A stretch of DNA of 64,000 nucleotides from Candidatus Latescibacterota bacterium (GTDB lineage Bacteria > Latescibacterota > UBA2968 > SICM01): NCBI GenBank assembly GCA_965217865.1, contig CBDCJO010000002.1, positions 2,304,001-2,368,000 of the forward strand, written 5' to 3'. Each line of letters opens with the position of its first letter. The first letter of the stretch is position 1. Under the pieces are notes generated by a model. The model worked only from the letters and a program-made list of their open reading frames with translations, was not told the origin of the DNA and did no database searches. Below are positions 30,895-41,500 of the stretch, piece after piece. Position numbers and translations under genes: made by a program.

Positions 30895-32106
30895 TCATCT
30901 TGGATAGTTGTACTTCTCCCCGGGCGGAGGAACCTCCAGCTTCGGACCGTACGGGCCCCGGTAACTCCGTGTCCAACGGCTGCCTCCCACGAAGTACCAC
31001 TCCCGGCCCTCATCGTCATACTTCTTCGCCCCGAACGCCGTAAACAGTGTCCCATCCGACAACTCCACCGTGTTTGGCTCGGCAACACGTCCCCCTTTGC
31101 TCGGAGCTGGAATGTCATCACGTATCACCACTTCCTCGCTCCAGGTCTTCCCCATGTCCGACGTGAATCTAGCTCGCACCCCGTACGGTTGAGCAAATCG
31201 CCTCGGATACGAGCACACCACCGTCCCGTCTCTCAAGGCCGTCGGAATCGGATGTTTCCCTCGAATCGGGGTCTGAACTGGCTCAGACCAGCTACTGCCT
31301 CCGTCTGGAGACCATACAGAAAACGCAGGTTCGCCCAGAGTCGTTCGCAGCATCACGAAGATGTTCCCATCCCCCTGGATTATCGGAAAGGTTTCGGTAA
31401 ACCCTGCGCTGGAACAGGAATGCCGCCCGTCCGCCATCAGGACAAGATCCCAGGTGGTGCCATTATCAGTACTTCGTAGGATATAGGTGCTGGACCGGCC
31501 ACTATTGTAGCTGGATCGTAACCCCTCCTGTTTCTCGAGGTGCCTGTCTTCCACCCCATACCCGTACGCAAGGAAGATCAACGTGCCGTCGTCCAGCAAT
31601 CTCAATGGACCCCGGGCGGCGAAGTGCGCAAAAAATGGAAGCTGATCGCCAATCGATCGCTCCTCCCAGATCTGCCCCCCATCCCTGGAAACCTTCACAT
31701 TTGCGCCATCGAGAACCGCACAATAGCCTTGTTTTTCACCGAGGTCCCAAACGTAGTAGCCCTCGGCCTCGAGACGCTCGACCTCGGTGGGGGGGTACCG
31801 AGTCCAGCCCCTCCCCCCCATCTCGATCATCGTGCCATCTGGAAGGACAACACGGGTGCGGGATGGGGCAGGGCTCGGACGATCGGTGATCTGCCAGGTC
31901 ACCCCCCCGTCCTCCGACAGCAGGACGATCACGGTCTCCAACGCAGAAAAGGCATCCTCACTCTGACTTTCATCGAAGCAAATCCACACAGGCAGCCAGA
32001 GTCGGTCCTCCGCGTCACAATACACATGGTTGTTGCCCAAACTTTCGTACTGCGGGCTGCGCAGGATGTCCACATCCCATTTCCACGGCTTTGACGGATC
32101 CAGCAT
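30895..32106 (-). CDS. Asp-box (sialidase-like) beta-propeller paralog B, intact
   Basis: Five Asp boxes: SEDGGVTW, SRDGGQIW, STDNGTTW, SPDGGSSW, TSDMGKTW. Confidence 0.88.
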   Translation of the reverse strand: MLDPSKPWKWDVDILRSPQYESLGNNHVYCDAEDRLWLPVWICFDESQSEDAFSALETVIVLLSEDGGVTWQITDRPSPAPSRTRVVLPDGTMIEMGGRGWTRYPPTEVERLEAEGYYVWDLGEKQGYCAVLDGANVKVSRDGGQIWEERSIGDQLPFFAHFAARGPLRLLDDGTLIFLAYGYGVEDRHLEKQEGLRSSYNSGRSSTYILRSTDNGTTWDLVLMADGRHSCSSAGFTETFPIIQGDGNIFVMLRTTLGEPAFSVWSPDGGSSWSEPVQTPIRGKHPIPTALRDGTVVCSYPRRFAQPYGVRARFTSDMGKTWSEEVVIRDDIPAPSKGGRVAEPNTVELSDGTLFTAFGAKKYDDEGREWYFVGGSRWTRSYRGPYGPKLEVPPPGEKYNYPR

Positions 32107-32151
32107 AAGGATGCCCCCAGCGGTCAGTTATTCAGCACTAATTCGGTTACA

Positions 32152-32386
32152 TTTCCTTCCATACCCCATACTCTCCCACACGCTTTTCTTTCCCCGACCC
32201 TGACTTCCGACTTCCGGCCTCTGACACCTGACATTGCATTTGGTTTTCTTCTGACTTCTGTATTCTGTATTCTGGGGAGGATGGGTGGAAGGGTCTTACT
32301 TGCTGCTGCTTTTCCCGTTTCACCTCTCACGATTGACGTTTGACGGCTCTTTCGACCCCCGACCTCTGACCCCTGGCCCCCTTTTT
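32152..32386. repeat. Intergenic repeat mosaic
   Basis: catacc, ctgactt/ccgactt, (tattctg)n, tctcacg/tttgacg, ccgacct. Confidence 0.9.
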
Positions 32387-33600
32387 TCAATCCGACTTCG
32401 GATAGTTATACTTCTCCCCCGGGGCCGGCACCTCCAGCTTCGGACCGTAAGGTCTCCTGTAGCTCTTCGTCCACCGGCTCCCCCCCGAAAACACCCATGC
32501 CCTCCCTTCATCGTCGTAATTCTTCGCCTGAAACGCAGTGAAAAGGGTCCCATCGGCCAGCTCCAGAGTATTGGCCTCGCACAGACCGTCCGATTCGGGT
32601 ACGCAATCACGGATGACCACCTCGTCGCTCCAGGTTTTGCCCATGTCCGACGTGAACCTTGCCCGCACACCGTGAGGCTGGGCAAACCGCCTTTGATAAG
32701 AGCAGATAATCGTCCCATCTCTCAAAACCGTCGGTCGGGGATGCTTGGCCCGAATCGGGGACTGAACGGGCTCAGACCAGGTTTTCCCGCCGTCTGAAGA
32801 CGATACCGAATACGCAGGCTCGCCCAGCCACGTGCGCAGCATGACAAATATAGTGCCGTCCCCGTTGATAATCGGAAAGGTTTCGGTAAACCCGGCCTCG
32901 GAACACGAATGTCGTCCGTCCGCCATCTGGACCAGGTCCCAGTTGGCCCCATTGTCAGCACTCCGCAAGATATAGGTGCTGGCTCGGCCGCTATGATAGC
33001 TTGAGCGCAACCCCTCCTGCTTTTCGGGATGCCTGTCGTCCTTATCATACCCGTACGCGATGAATATCAACGTTCCGTCGTCCAGCAATTCCAAGGGGCC
33101 CCGGGCAACGAAGTACGCAAAGAAAGGAAGCTGGTCGCGAATCGACCGATCTTCCCACGTCAGACCACCATCCCTTGAGATCTTCACGATTAGATCATTG
33201 GTATGGGATGGCACAGTAGTCATGCTCTTCTCCAAGGTCCCAGACGTAATAGCCCTCGCCCTCGAGTCGCTCGATCTCATTGCGAGGGTAACGCTCATAA
33301 CCGGGGCCCCACATTTCGAGGTGCGTCCCGTCTGAAAGAACCACTCCGCCATAAGAAGACCCAGGCCACGGGCGGTCTGTGATCTGCCAGGTCAGCCCCC
33401 CCGTCCTCCGACATCAGGATGATCGAGGTTTCCACCCCCCACCAGGCATCAGTGGTCTGGCTTGCATCGAAAGAGATCGTCACAGGAAGCCATAACCTGT
33501 CCTCCTCATCGCAATACAGCAGGCCCTGAATTATGTTCTCGTACTGCGGGCTGCGCAGGATGTCCACATCGATTTTCCACGACTTTGACGGATCCAGCAT
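32387..33600 (-). CDS. Asp-box propeller paralog C, two frameshifts
   Basis: MLDPSKSWKID start; extra base in a C7 run at ~33399 and an indel at ~33205; conserved C-terminus. Confidence 0.8.
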
Positions 33601-33619
33601 AAAAATCCCCTAGAGTTTG

Positions 33620-33839
33620 GAGTTTTCATTGCATTTGTATTTTCGTCCCCTGACCTCCGACCCCCCTGACTTCATTGGATATTCGAAAACCTCAGGACTT
33701 TCTTGTGGCTATATAGATCTCTTCGATATTGAATCTTCAATTCCGACTGTCCCCTGCCTTTGCATTCCTTGCCACTGCAACGTGCTACTGCTACTGTGCT
33801 TTTCCCTGACCCCTGGCCCCTGACTTCCGATCCCCGTCT
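33620..33839. repeat. Intergenic repeat mosaic
   Basis: ctgacct-ccgaccc, tcttcRa, ctgcta, ctgaccc/ctgactt blocks. Confidence 0.85.
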
Positions 33840-34499
33840 TCAACCCGACTTCGGATAGTTATACTTCTCGCCCCTCGGCGGAACAGCCAGCTTCGGACCG
33901 TACGGCCCCCGATAACTCCGAGTCCACCGACTGCCCCTGTCGTCCTTACCATACCCGTATGCAATGAAGATCAACGTCCCGTCATCCAACAAACTCAATG
34001 GCCCCCGGGAAACGAAGTGAGCGAAGAAAGGAAGCTGGTCGCGGATCGACCGCTCCTCCCAGGTCTGCCCTCCATCCCTGGAGACCTTCACCAATACCTC
34101 ATTGATATATGCGCAGTAGTCATGTTCTTCCCCAAGGTCCCAGACCATATAACCCTCGGCCTCGAGCCGCTCGATCTCGGTCCGGGGCATTCGGATCCAG
34201 CCCGTACCGCCCATCTCGACTATTGTGCCATCCGACAGAACCACATGGTTATGGGAGGGCGCAGGCCACGGGCGATCCGTGATTTCCCAGGTCAGCCCCC
34301 CATCCTCCGACAGCAGGACGATCGAGGTCTGCACCGCAGTCCATGCATCAGTGTCCCGACTGGCATCGAAAGAAATATCCACAGGAAGCCAAAGCCCGTC
34401 CTCCTCATCGCAATGTAGCAGACCCTGGCTGACGCTCTCGTACTGCGGACTGCGCAGGATGTCCACATCGATTTTCCACGGTTTTGACGGATCCAGCAT
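33840..34499 (-). pseudogene. Asp-box propeller paralog D with a large in-frame internal deletion
   Basis: 219 aa vs ~400 aa; junction AYGYGKDDR|GSRWTRSYRGPYGPKL. Confidence 0.8.
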
Positions 34500-34554
34500 A
34501 AAAACCTCCCATGGCCAGTCTGCTCAGCTCCGATTCTGTTTACCACTCTTGGTA

Positions 34555-34652
34555 TTCCCCGACATCTGACCCTGCCTTTGCTTTTCCTGCTACTGCCACT
34601 GCTACTGCCTCTTGCCGTCTCACGTTTGACGTTTGACGTTTTCTCAATCTTC
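34555..34652. repeat. Intergenic repeat mosaic
   Basis: ccgacat-ctgaccc, (ctgcta/ctgcca)x4, tctcacg(tttgacg)x2, tcaatcttca. Confidence 0.88.
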
Positions 34653-34872
34653 ATCGGCGAACCAAGATCACCTTCACCAAATCTCAAGTCAAGTACAATC
34701 GGAACTCAACGATCCTTCAGCGCTTTGGAATTGTTTTTTGCCCGCATTTGTGTACATTGAGGCCGGTGATTTCGTTTCCTCTGAGCGACTCGTGTCGCTG
34801 GGGAGGGAAGAAAATCCGGAATCGCATCACCTGCGTCGAGGAACCGCCGGATAGATTGGGAGGACAGGACGA

Positions 34873-35721
34873 ATGGATAGACTCACCGCAGCGATGGCTC
34901 AGATCGTATGCGTGCCCTCGGATGTTGAGGCCAACATCCGAAAGATCGAGACCACCTGTGACGATGCGGCAAAGAAGGATGTGAAATTGGTCGTCTTTCC
35001 GGAGGTGGCCCTGACCGGATCCCTGCAGCAGCTCCCTGGCGGACACAGACCCCACGATTTCGCCACGAAAGTGCCCGGTCGGGAGACTGAGCGACTGCAA
35101 GAGACCTGTCGGAAACTCGACCTCGCCATCGTCGTTGGCACGGTCGAAGCGGATCAGGAACAGAAGCTTTACAAAACGGCTTTTATTGTCACGCCGGACG
35201 GATACCTGGGTAAATTCCGCAAGGTACAACCCTCACAGGGCGAAAGGGACATCGTGGCACCCGGCTCGGAACTTCCCCTCTTCAGAATCTTCGGCTGGAC
35301 CTTCGGGATCGGGATCTGCTGGGACCTCTATTTTCCCGAGCTCGCTCAATTTTACGCCCTCAAGGGCGCGGATGTCTACCTTGTGCCCACGGGTGACAGC
35401 GCATTTCCGGTCGGCGATGATGATAAAGCGTACACCGCCTGTGTGGCCAACCAGACCAACCTCACGGGGTTCAAGCGAATCGGTCCCGCGCGAGCGTCCG
35501 ACAACGGGCTCTATGTGCTCATCCCCGTCGACTCGAACTCCGGAGGCGGGAGCATCGCCTTCGATCCGACGGGCGAGCAGATCGCGTACGGACGGACGGG
35601 GGAGGCATTGATACCTGTCGAGCTCAGGCGTGACTTGGTTGACGGAGCGAAACCAGGTTTCATCCCCTATCTTCGGCCGGAGATTTTTCGCCAAATGGCG
35701 GATGCTTGTGAGCAGGCGTGA
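34873..35721 (+). CDS. Carbon-nitrogen hydrolase (nitrilase superfamily)
   Basis: VVFPEVALTG (E), FRKV (K), GICWD (C) catalytic triad. Confidence 0.92.
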   Translation: MDRLTAAMAQIVCVPSDVEANIRKIETTCDDAAKKDVKLVVFPEVALTGSLQQLPGGHRPHDFATKVPGRETERLQETCRKLDLAIVVGTVEADQEQKLYKTAFIVTPDGYLGKFRKVQPSQGERDIVAPGSELPLFRIFGWTFGIGICWDLYFPELAQFYALKGADVYLVPTGDSAFPVGDDDKAYTACVANQTNLTGFKRIGPARASDNGLYVLIPVDSNSGGGSIAFDPTGEQIAYGRTGEALIPVELRRDLVDGAKPGFIPYLRPEIFRQMADACEQA

Positions 35722-35734
35722 AAAAGTCCCGACT

Positions 35735-36646
35735 TCACGAACTGGAAAGCAAACCGACCTGTTCCATGGTCGAGCGTATGCGCTCGAGGTCCTCGTCCGT
35801 GACCGACAATTGCGGCGGTCGCAAATAGCGGGAAGCCACGCCGTTAAGCTCCAATGCCGCGCGCCACACCGTTTGCCAACCTTTTTCGAGACCCGGGGCA
35901 GCAGTCAGATCCTTCATCGGCTTCTCCACCGCGACCGTTACCCGGGCTGCCTCGGCTGTGTCGCCGCGGCGCAGGGCCTTCCAGTAACTCGCACCGACGT
36001 GAGGCGCGAACGAAGTGGACCAGTCCATGAAGGCCGTGCATCCGAACGGCCATTCAAGAAGGTGCCGCCACAACCAGCCGCCTGTCATGACCTTCAGACG
36101 AGGGCTGTATTTCTGTAGCGTTTGGACGGCATACGCCTCCGGGCCGTCCTCTTTGAGGCAGCAGATGCCCGGTTTGTCGTCCAGCATGTCGAGCACCTGG
36201 TGCGCCGGAAATCCAACGAGCATAACAGGTATGATCCTAGACAGCGCAGCATAGTGCGCCGCCAGTCCCGCAGGGTCTGCGCCAAGTATTTCCGTTGTGG
36301 ACATAAGCAGATCCGCGCCCCATTCGACGCACTGCCGGGCGAAGGCCTCCGCCTGCCTTGTGGACCATAAACCTGTGGCCGCGACGGTCAGTGCCCGTCC
36401 TGCTGTACGGTCTATCGTGAAGCGCGTCAGTTGCGCGATCTCTGCTTCGGTCAAAAAGAAAAGCTGGCTGTCGCCGGCCGTCAGCAGGATCACTCCGCTG
36501 CCCCCGCCGATGGCGACCTCGATGATGTTGCCAACCCCGCCCCAATCGATATCGCCATTCTCCTTGAACGGTGTCGGAATCGACGACACCGGTCCTTCCA
36601 GCAGCCTTCGAATGTCATCTGGAGATTTGCGTTCTCGTCCGTTCAT
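35735..36646 (-). CDS. DHDPS/NAL-family class I aldolase
   Basis: IPTPFKENGDID, LKED Schiff-base Lys, LRPP. Confidence 0.85.
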   Translation of the reverse strand: MNGRERKSPDDIRRLLEGPVSSIPTPFKENGDIDWGGVGNIIEVAIGGGSGVILLTAGDSQLFFLTEAEIAQLTRFTIDRTAGRALTVAATGLWSTRQAEAFARQCVEWGADLLMSTTEILGADPAGLAAHYAALSRIIPVMLVGFPAHQVLDMLDDKPGICCLKEDGPEAYAVQTLQKYSPRLKVMTGGWLWRHLLEWPFGCTAFMDWSTSFAPHVGASYWKALRRGDTAEAARVTVAVEKPMKDLTAAPGLEKGWQTVWRAALELNGVASRYLRPPQLSVTDEDLERIRSTMEQVGLLSSS

Positions 36647-36670
36647 CTCCTGCAGCTCCTTCGGAGGTGG

Positions 36671-37615
36671 TCATGATGAGGCCCGACGTGCGCCCATTTC
36701 GACGAAAAAATCCGTGAACTTCTCCAACTCTGCGATCACATCCCGAGCTTGCTCTTCGGTCGCAGAGACCAGCGGAGGCCGCAGCTTCCGGCTTTCGGAA
36801 AACCCCATATACTGCATGTAGACCTGATTTCTCGCCAGGTTGTTCAGTTTCCCCAGGCTGACCTGCAGGCCATATTCACGCCGGTCGATAAAATCAATCA
36901 CTTCTTCCATGCGCTCCTCGTCAAGCAACTTGAGGAGGCTGAGCGCCGAACCTGGACTGAACTGGCCGAAAAGCTCGCCCTGCTGTGGGTGGTGATGAAA
37001 GAACACGTAGTTGCGCACCACCCCACCCCCGATGATGCAAAACCGATCGCCGAACCTCCGGATAAGATCCATTCGGCCTGGAATGCTGTTGAAATCCTCT
37101 TTCAGCCCGACGATATTCTCCTGCTCGGCCAGTGATTCGTAGTCCGTCATGCCCATGTTTGAAGTGCCGGGTTCTATCGAGGAAATGTTGTTCACGAGGA
37201 GGAGCGGGAACTCAGTCTGGCTCGCGACCGAACGCAGGAGGGCACGGTATTGGGCAGCGGGCCAACCGTCCGGCTCTGGCATCACGAAAACCGAATGGGC
37301 CGCCAGTTTCTGGATCTGCCGCACCACGTTCACAGTTGCCGAAGCGGAATCCAGATGGGTGCACCCTATGAATACCGCGCGGTCCCCGATCACATTGGCG
37401 ATGGTGCGTGTAACATCGATCAGTTCGGCTTCCGAGACGAACCCGATCTGGCTATATCCGTGAGTCAGGCAGGTATTGGTCATCCCCGCATCCAGTATCC
37501 ATGCCACGTACCGCTCGATGCCCGCGTGGTCAATCGAAAGGTCTTCCCGATAGAGCATCGGAAGGGGCACAGTCGGCCCCTTGATCTTCTTCCGGAAATC
37601 TTCATATATACTCAC
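36671..37615 (-). CDS. DHDPS/NAL-family class I aldolase
   Basis: YREDLSID, NIVGLKED, LRPPL. Confidence 0.85.
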   Translation of the reverse strand: MSIYEDFRKKIKGPTVPLPMLYREDLSIDHAGIERYVAWILDAGMTNTCLTHGYSQIGFVSEAELIDVTRTIANVIGDRAVFIGCTHLDSASATVNVVRQIQKLAAHSVFVMPEPDGWPAAQYRALLRSVASQTEFPLLLVNNISSIEPGTSNMGMTDYESLAEQENIVGLKEDFNSIPGRMDLIRRFGDRFCIIGGGVVRNYVFFHHHPQQGELFGQFSPGSALSLLKLLDEERMEEVIDFIDRREYGLQVSLGKLNNLARNQVYMQYMGFSESRKLRPPLVSATEEQARDVIAELEKFTDFFVEMGARRASS

Positions 37616-37973
37616 TTCTTAAATCCTCCCACAAGCCAATCCCTGGCGCATCAGTTCGGTCTAATCCACACTTCGTTTTTACTGTTCTTAGTTCCAGCAA
37701 GGACACGTCGAATTTCCAGTCCAACATCCATCTTTTTATGTTCCTTTCTCCAGGCCTGACTCAGCCTCGACACGACAACCCGTGTCACGCCTCCAATCAT
37801 AGGAAGTATATAGGGCTTTTTCTACAAGGTCAATTATTAATCGACAGGCGCTGGATGTTCGCTGCCGGCCTCTTCAGTCACTCCGACACACCCACCGGCT
37901 CGCCGATTCTTAACACGTGGCGCGACACCGAATCGCTCAACGCTACTCTGCACGCGTGGTAGTTCACCGTCAT

Positions 37974-38026
37974 CAGACTGACCAGCAGATCCCTGACCAC
38001 AGACTGACCAGCAGATCCCTGACCAC
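37974..38026. repeat. Perfect 26-bp tandem duplication
   Basis: (cagactgaccagcagatccctgacca)x2. Confidence 0.9.
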
Positions 38027-38255
38027 GCGTTGGCCGACATGTGCTGTTCCGCCCGCTCCGAAACCGCTCCAGCCACCCTCGATTTCGCCCAACCCCAACC
38101 CGCATAGGAACCCTTTGCCTGACCCCAAAACGAAGTTGCTACGGGCTTTGAATTTCCTATATTTCAACTTTTCTATATTTCCCAGCTCAGCAGTATCTTA
38201 GGCATTGAAATCCTGGTGGTGTTGGGGTAATCTGAAGCAATCAACACGGCCCTAG

Positions 38256-40088
38256 CCCTAAAATAAGCGAATAGGCTTGTTGAGCGGTGTGTTATACAAG
38301 ATTTCGGAGCATTTCAGACTTGTGACTTGGTGGAGATGATGTCTGGGCTGTTTTTGTGATTGTTTCGGCATGCGATTGTCTAATTAACTGAGTTTGCGGA
38401 CGTGTTTTAGCCGGGGTGGACGGACTTGTCCCTGTGATGTTACGACGACAGGTGCTGACATGGCAGTCAGGCCGGTTTGAGCCATCTGATTCTGTTCCAG
38501 GCCGGGAAGAAGTCAGTCATCCACCGGTTGTAGCCCAAGACACGATAGATGATCTGTCTTCCCCGGGTCACGATCTGGCAGGGGATCCAGATCAGATTCT
38601 GGAGGAAGGCGCGAAACTCCATTCTCAGAAGTTGATCGCGACGCTCACGCTTTCGGATCATCAACGCGAACCAGGCTTTGAGGTTCCACGCCAGGGCGGT
38701 CATGACCATGTAAGCCCAGTTGCTCATCAGGTTGTCGACGGGCATCCGCATGGCGTTGACCCCGTTCTTGAGTTGTTCAATCACGTTTTCCTGATCGCAC
38801 CGTCGATTGGCCAGCCTCACGATTTCCGCGGCCGTAAGATCTTTTCGGGTGGTAATGTAGAAGAAACAGCGCTTGTCATCGAACAGGGCGTTTTCGCCGC
38901 GTTCGACGCTCAGGTTCTTTTCGAGGATCACGAGTCGACAGGTCTTCCTGCATCGAGCAGGACGATACGAAACCCCGGCAACACGTTCACTGGCAAGTCG
39001 GATGTTTTTGAAGCCGCGCTCCCGGATGATCCGGGCTTTCACGTTCTCGCGTTTCTGTCTCTGGGAGGTCTTGACCTGGTATTTGGGTTGTCGTTCAAAG
39101 GGCTCCCAATCGCTCTGTGACAGGGATTTGGCGATCTTGACCAATCCCCGGTAAGCATCCATGCCGAAGACGAAGTCGACCTTTTCCGACCAACGATCGA
39201 AGTGCCGGGTGAGTGAGAAGCCGGTGTCTCCGCGCAGGCAGATGCGTTTGGCGAAAGGGGCGACCAGCGCGATGGCGCGATCGATCCACTTTACGGCACC
39301 GTCGTGGCTGGGCACATTGCCGGGTCGATTCACAAGAAACAACACCTCCCTGGTGTTCGCCAGAGAGACCACGAGAGGATGGTATCCCCAGATACCGTTG
39401 TATGACAGGGCCATGCCCTGCTTGCGTTCTCCGAGGGTGGTGGCCAGGGTGCCGTCGATGTCGATGAGGGCTTCTTTGAGTTCGCCCCTGGCGCGCTTTT
39501 TCCAGATCCGGGTGCGCACCCGGTTGATGCAATCCATCAACGTCTCGATATCCGATGGCCGGAAACGACGTGTAAAGTCGCCTGCTGTGGCCGGATCCGG
39601 GAGACGCTGAGCGCCCAAAGCGTTCAGGAACGTGGCATCCTGCCGGCGCAGCTCAATGTCTTCAAGGCGTTGACCACCAACCAGCGCATTGTAGGCGATG
39701 TTCAGAACGTGGTCTGATTCGTGACAGGGCAAATGCACTTTCAAAAGATGAAGATGACGGTCAATCTCTTTCACCAGCCCAACCCTGCGGACCATGTGGT
39801 GAAACGCGCCGATCCCCCCACACGTGATCGCCTCGGCCTTCCCACTCATCTCGTAGTGGATGTTTCCCCCAGACATCATAGGCTTGACCTGACTGCACCA
39901 CTGCTTCCGACGCAAACGACGGACAATTCGTGCTTCCCTGTTCCGAAGAATCTTCCTGTATTCTCTCATCTGAAATGCCCCTTTTTGATGGCCTCTTTTT
40001 GTCTTTCATACTACAACTATAGGCCTGAAAACTGGGGCATTTCAACTTTTTTCTACTAAAACCAAGAAAAATTCACGCTTGTATAGGG
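38256..40088 (-). mobile_element. IS1380-family insertion sequence
   Basis: Imperfect TIR CCCTAAAATAAGCGAAT vs CCCTATACAAGCGTGAAT; CCTAG direct repeat at 38251..38255 and 40089..40093. Confidence 0.8.
38467..39969 (-). CDS. IS1380-family transposase
   Basis: IDIDGT, WGYHPL, NRPGN, LRGDTGF, RCDQENVIEQLKN. Confidence 0.92.
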   Translation of the reverse strand: MREYRKILRNREARIVRRLRRKQWCSQVKPMMSGGNIHYEMSGKAEAITCGGIGAFHHMVRRVGLVKEIDRHLHLLKVHLPCHESDHVLNIAYNALVGGQRLEDIELRRQDATFLNALGAQRLPDPATAGDFTRRFRPSDIETLMDCINRVRTRIWKKRARGELKEALIDIDGTLATTLGERKQGMALSYNGIWGYHPLVVSLANTREVLFLVNRPGNVPSHDGAVKWIDRAIALVAPFAKRICLRGDTGFSLTRHFDRWSEKVDFVFGMDAYRGLVKIAKSLSQSDWEPFERQPKYQVKTSQRQKRENVKARIIRERGFKNIRLASERVAGVSYRPARCRKTCRLVILEKNLSVERGENALFDDKRCFFYITTRKDLTAAEIVRLANRRCDQENVIEQLKNGVNAMRMPVDNLMSNWAYMVMTALAWNLKAWFALMIRKRERRDQLLRMEFRAFLQNLIWIPCQIVTRGRQIIYRVLGYNRWMTDFFPAWNRIRWLKPA

Positions 40089-40091
40089 CCT

Positions 40092-40388
40092 AGTGGGTTG
40101 CAATGGGCTCAGTAGGGTAGAGATTTTGCGTCCCATGATTCGGTGAGACTCGACTATCTGAAATTCTGCAGCGCCATATCGGGGGTGAAGGCCGTGAGTG
40201 GAGGAGCCACTCGGGATGAATTCGAAGCCGCTCTGGAGGAAGCTCACGCCCACCGCGGTCTATCCGTCGTGCATGTCCCGGTTTATTGCGGTCCGGACGA
40301 ACTGGGAACCCTGGGTGCCTGGGGAGAATGGAATGTCGGCAATTGGTGTGAAGGGGTCCAGCAGGAACATCAGAAACTGGGTGTTTGA
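40092..40388 (+). pseudogene. C-terminal remnant of a probable TPP-dependent enzyme
   Basis: SGLQWAQ*GRDFASHDSVRLDY...EAALEEA...GLSVVHVPVY; no start codon, internal TAG, abuts IS1380. Confidence 0.55.
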
Positions 40389-40461
40389 GGATGTTAATCC
40401 CGGATCGCAACGGGATGGAAAACACCAGCCGAGTGTCGCGTGTGCAACCTGAAGGAGCATT

Positions 40462-41403
40462 ATGTCTAACAAACGTCTGGTCTACTTCAACGGAGAGTTC
40501 ATCCCGGAAGTCGAAGCACGCATCTCCATCTTCGATTGCGCGTTGATGTACGGGGACATGGTTTTCGAGATGACGCGCTCGTTCCAGCAGAAGCCGTACC
40601 GGTTGTGCGAGCACCTGGAGCGACTCTACGGATCCATGAAGTACGCGGGAATCGACTGCGGGATGGCGATCGCCGAGATGGAGTCGGCGACCCTCGAGAC
40701 CATCGAGCGCAACCTGCCGGAGTTGGAGGGCTACGACTTCCAGATCATGCACGACGTGACGCGGGGAGCGTCGCCGCTGTACGACAGCCTGGTTAGAGAA
40801 GGTACGGCCCCGATCGTCTCGATCAACGTCATCCCTCTGGTGCGCCATATCGGCGGCATGGCCGGGAAGTACGAGAAGGGCGCACACTTCTTGATCACGC
40901 CGCAGCGGTCGGTGCCGGCGCGCTACATCGATCCCAAGGCCAAGAACAGGAGCCGCATCTACTACAAGATCGCCGAACTGCAGGCAGATCGCATGGAAGA
41001 AGGAGCCATGGCTCTGCTGACCGACGAGCACGGGTTCATCACAGAGGGAACGGGGAACAATTTCTTCATGGTCCGGGACAATAGGATCCTCACCCCGAAG
41101 CCGCACGACATCCTGCGCGGCGTGTCGCGCGGGGCCTGCATGGAACTGGCGGAGAAGCTGGGCATCCCGGTATGCGAGGCGGACATCGAGCCGTACGATG
41201 CGCGCCTCGCGGACGAGGCCTGGTTCACGAGCACGACAATCTGCATGGTGCCGATCACACGGTTCGACTTCCAGCCGGTAGGCGATGGCAGTCCGGGGCC
41301 GATCTACCGAAAGCTCCTGGCCGCATGGTCAAAGGATGTCGGCGTGGACATCGCGCGTCAGGCCCGCGAATACGGGGAACTGGCGAAGAAATGGACACCC
41401 TGA
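40462..41403 (+). CDS. Class IV PLP aminotransferase (BCAT/DAT-like)
   Basis: YGDMVFE, AKNRSR, ITEGTGNNFF, ILRGVSR, ADEAWFTST. Confidence 0.92.
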   Translation: MSNKRLVYFNGEFIPEVEARISIFDCALMYGDMVFEMTRSFQQKPYRLCEHLERLYGSMKYAGIDCGMAIAEMESATLETIERNLPELEGYDFQIMHDVTRGASPLYDSLVREGTAPIVSINVIPLVRHIGGMAGKYEKGAHFLITPQRSVPARYIDPKAKNRSRIYYKIAELQADRMEEGAMALLTDEHGFITEGTGNNFFMVRDNRILTPKPHDILRGVSRGACMELAEKLGIPVCEADIEPYDARLADEAWFTSTTICMVPITRFDFQPVGDGSPGPIYRKLLAAWSKDVGVDIARQAREYGELAKKWTP

Positions 41404-41500
41404 TGGAGCGCGGCATGCGCACGACCGGATCCGGCTTCCGAGGGGGACGAGTCCGGTATGGCGGCACGTGTTCATCCTGCTTCGTCGAGGAGGCTGTCTG

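Noticed and set aside
30833-34652. Propeller array as integron cassettes
   Set aside because: No attC-like palindromes with RYYYAAC/GTTRRRY ends in the spacers, and no integrase.
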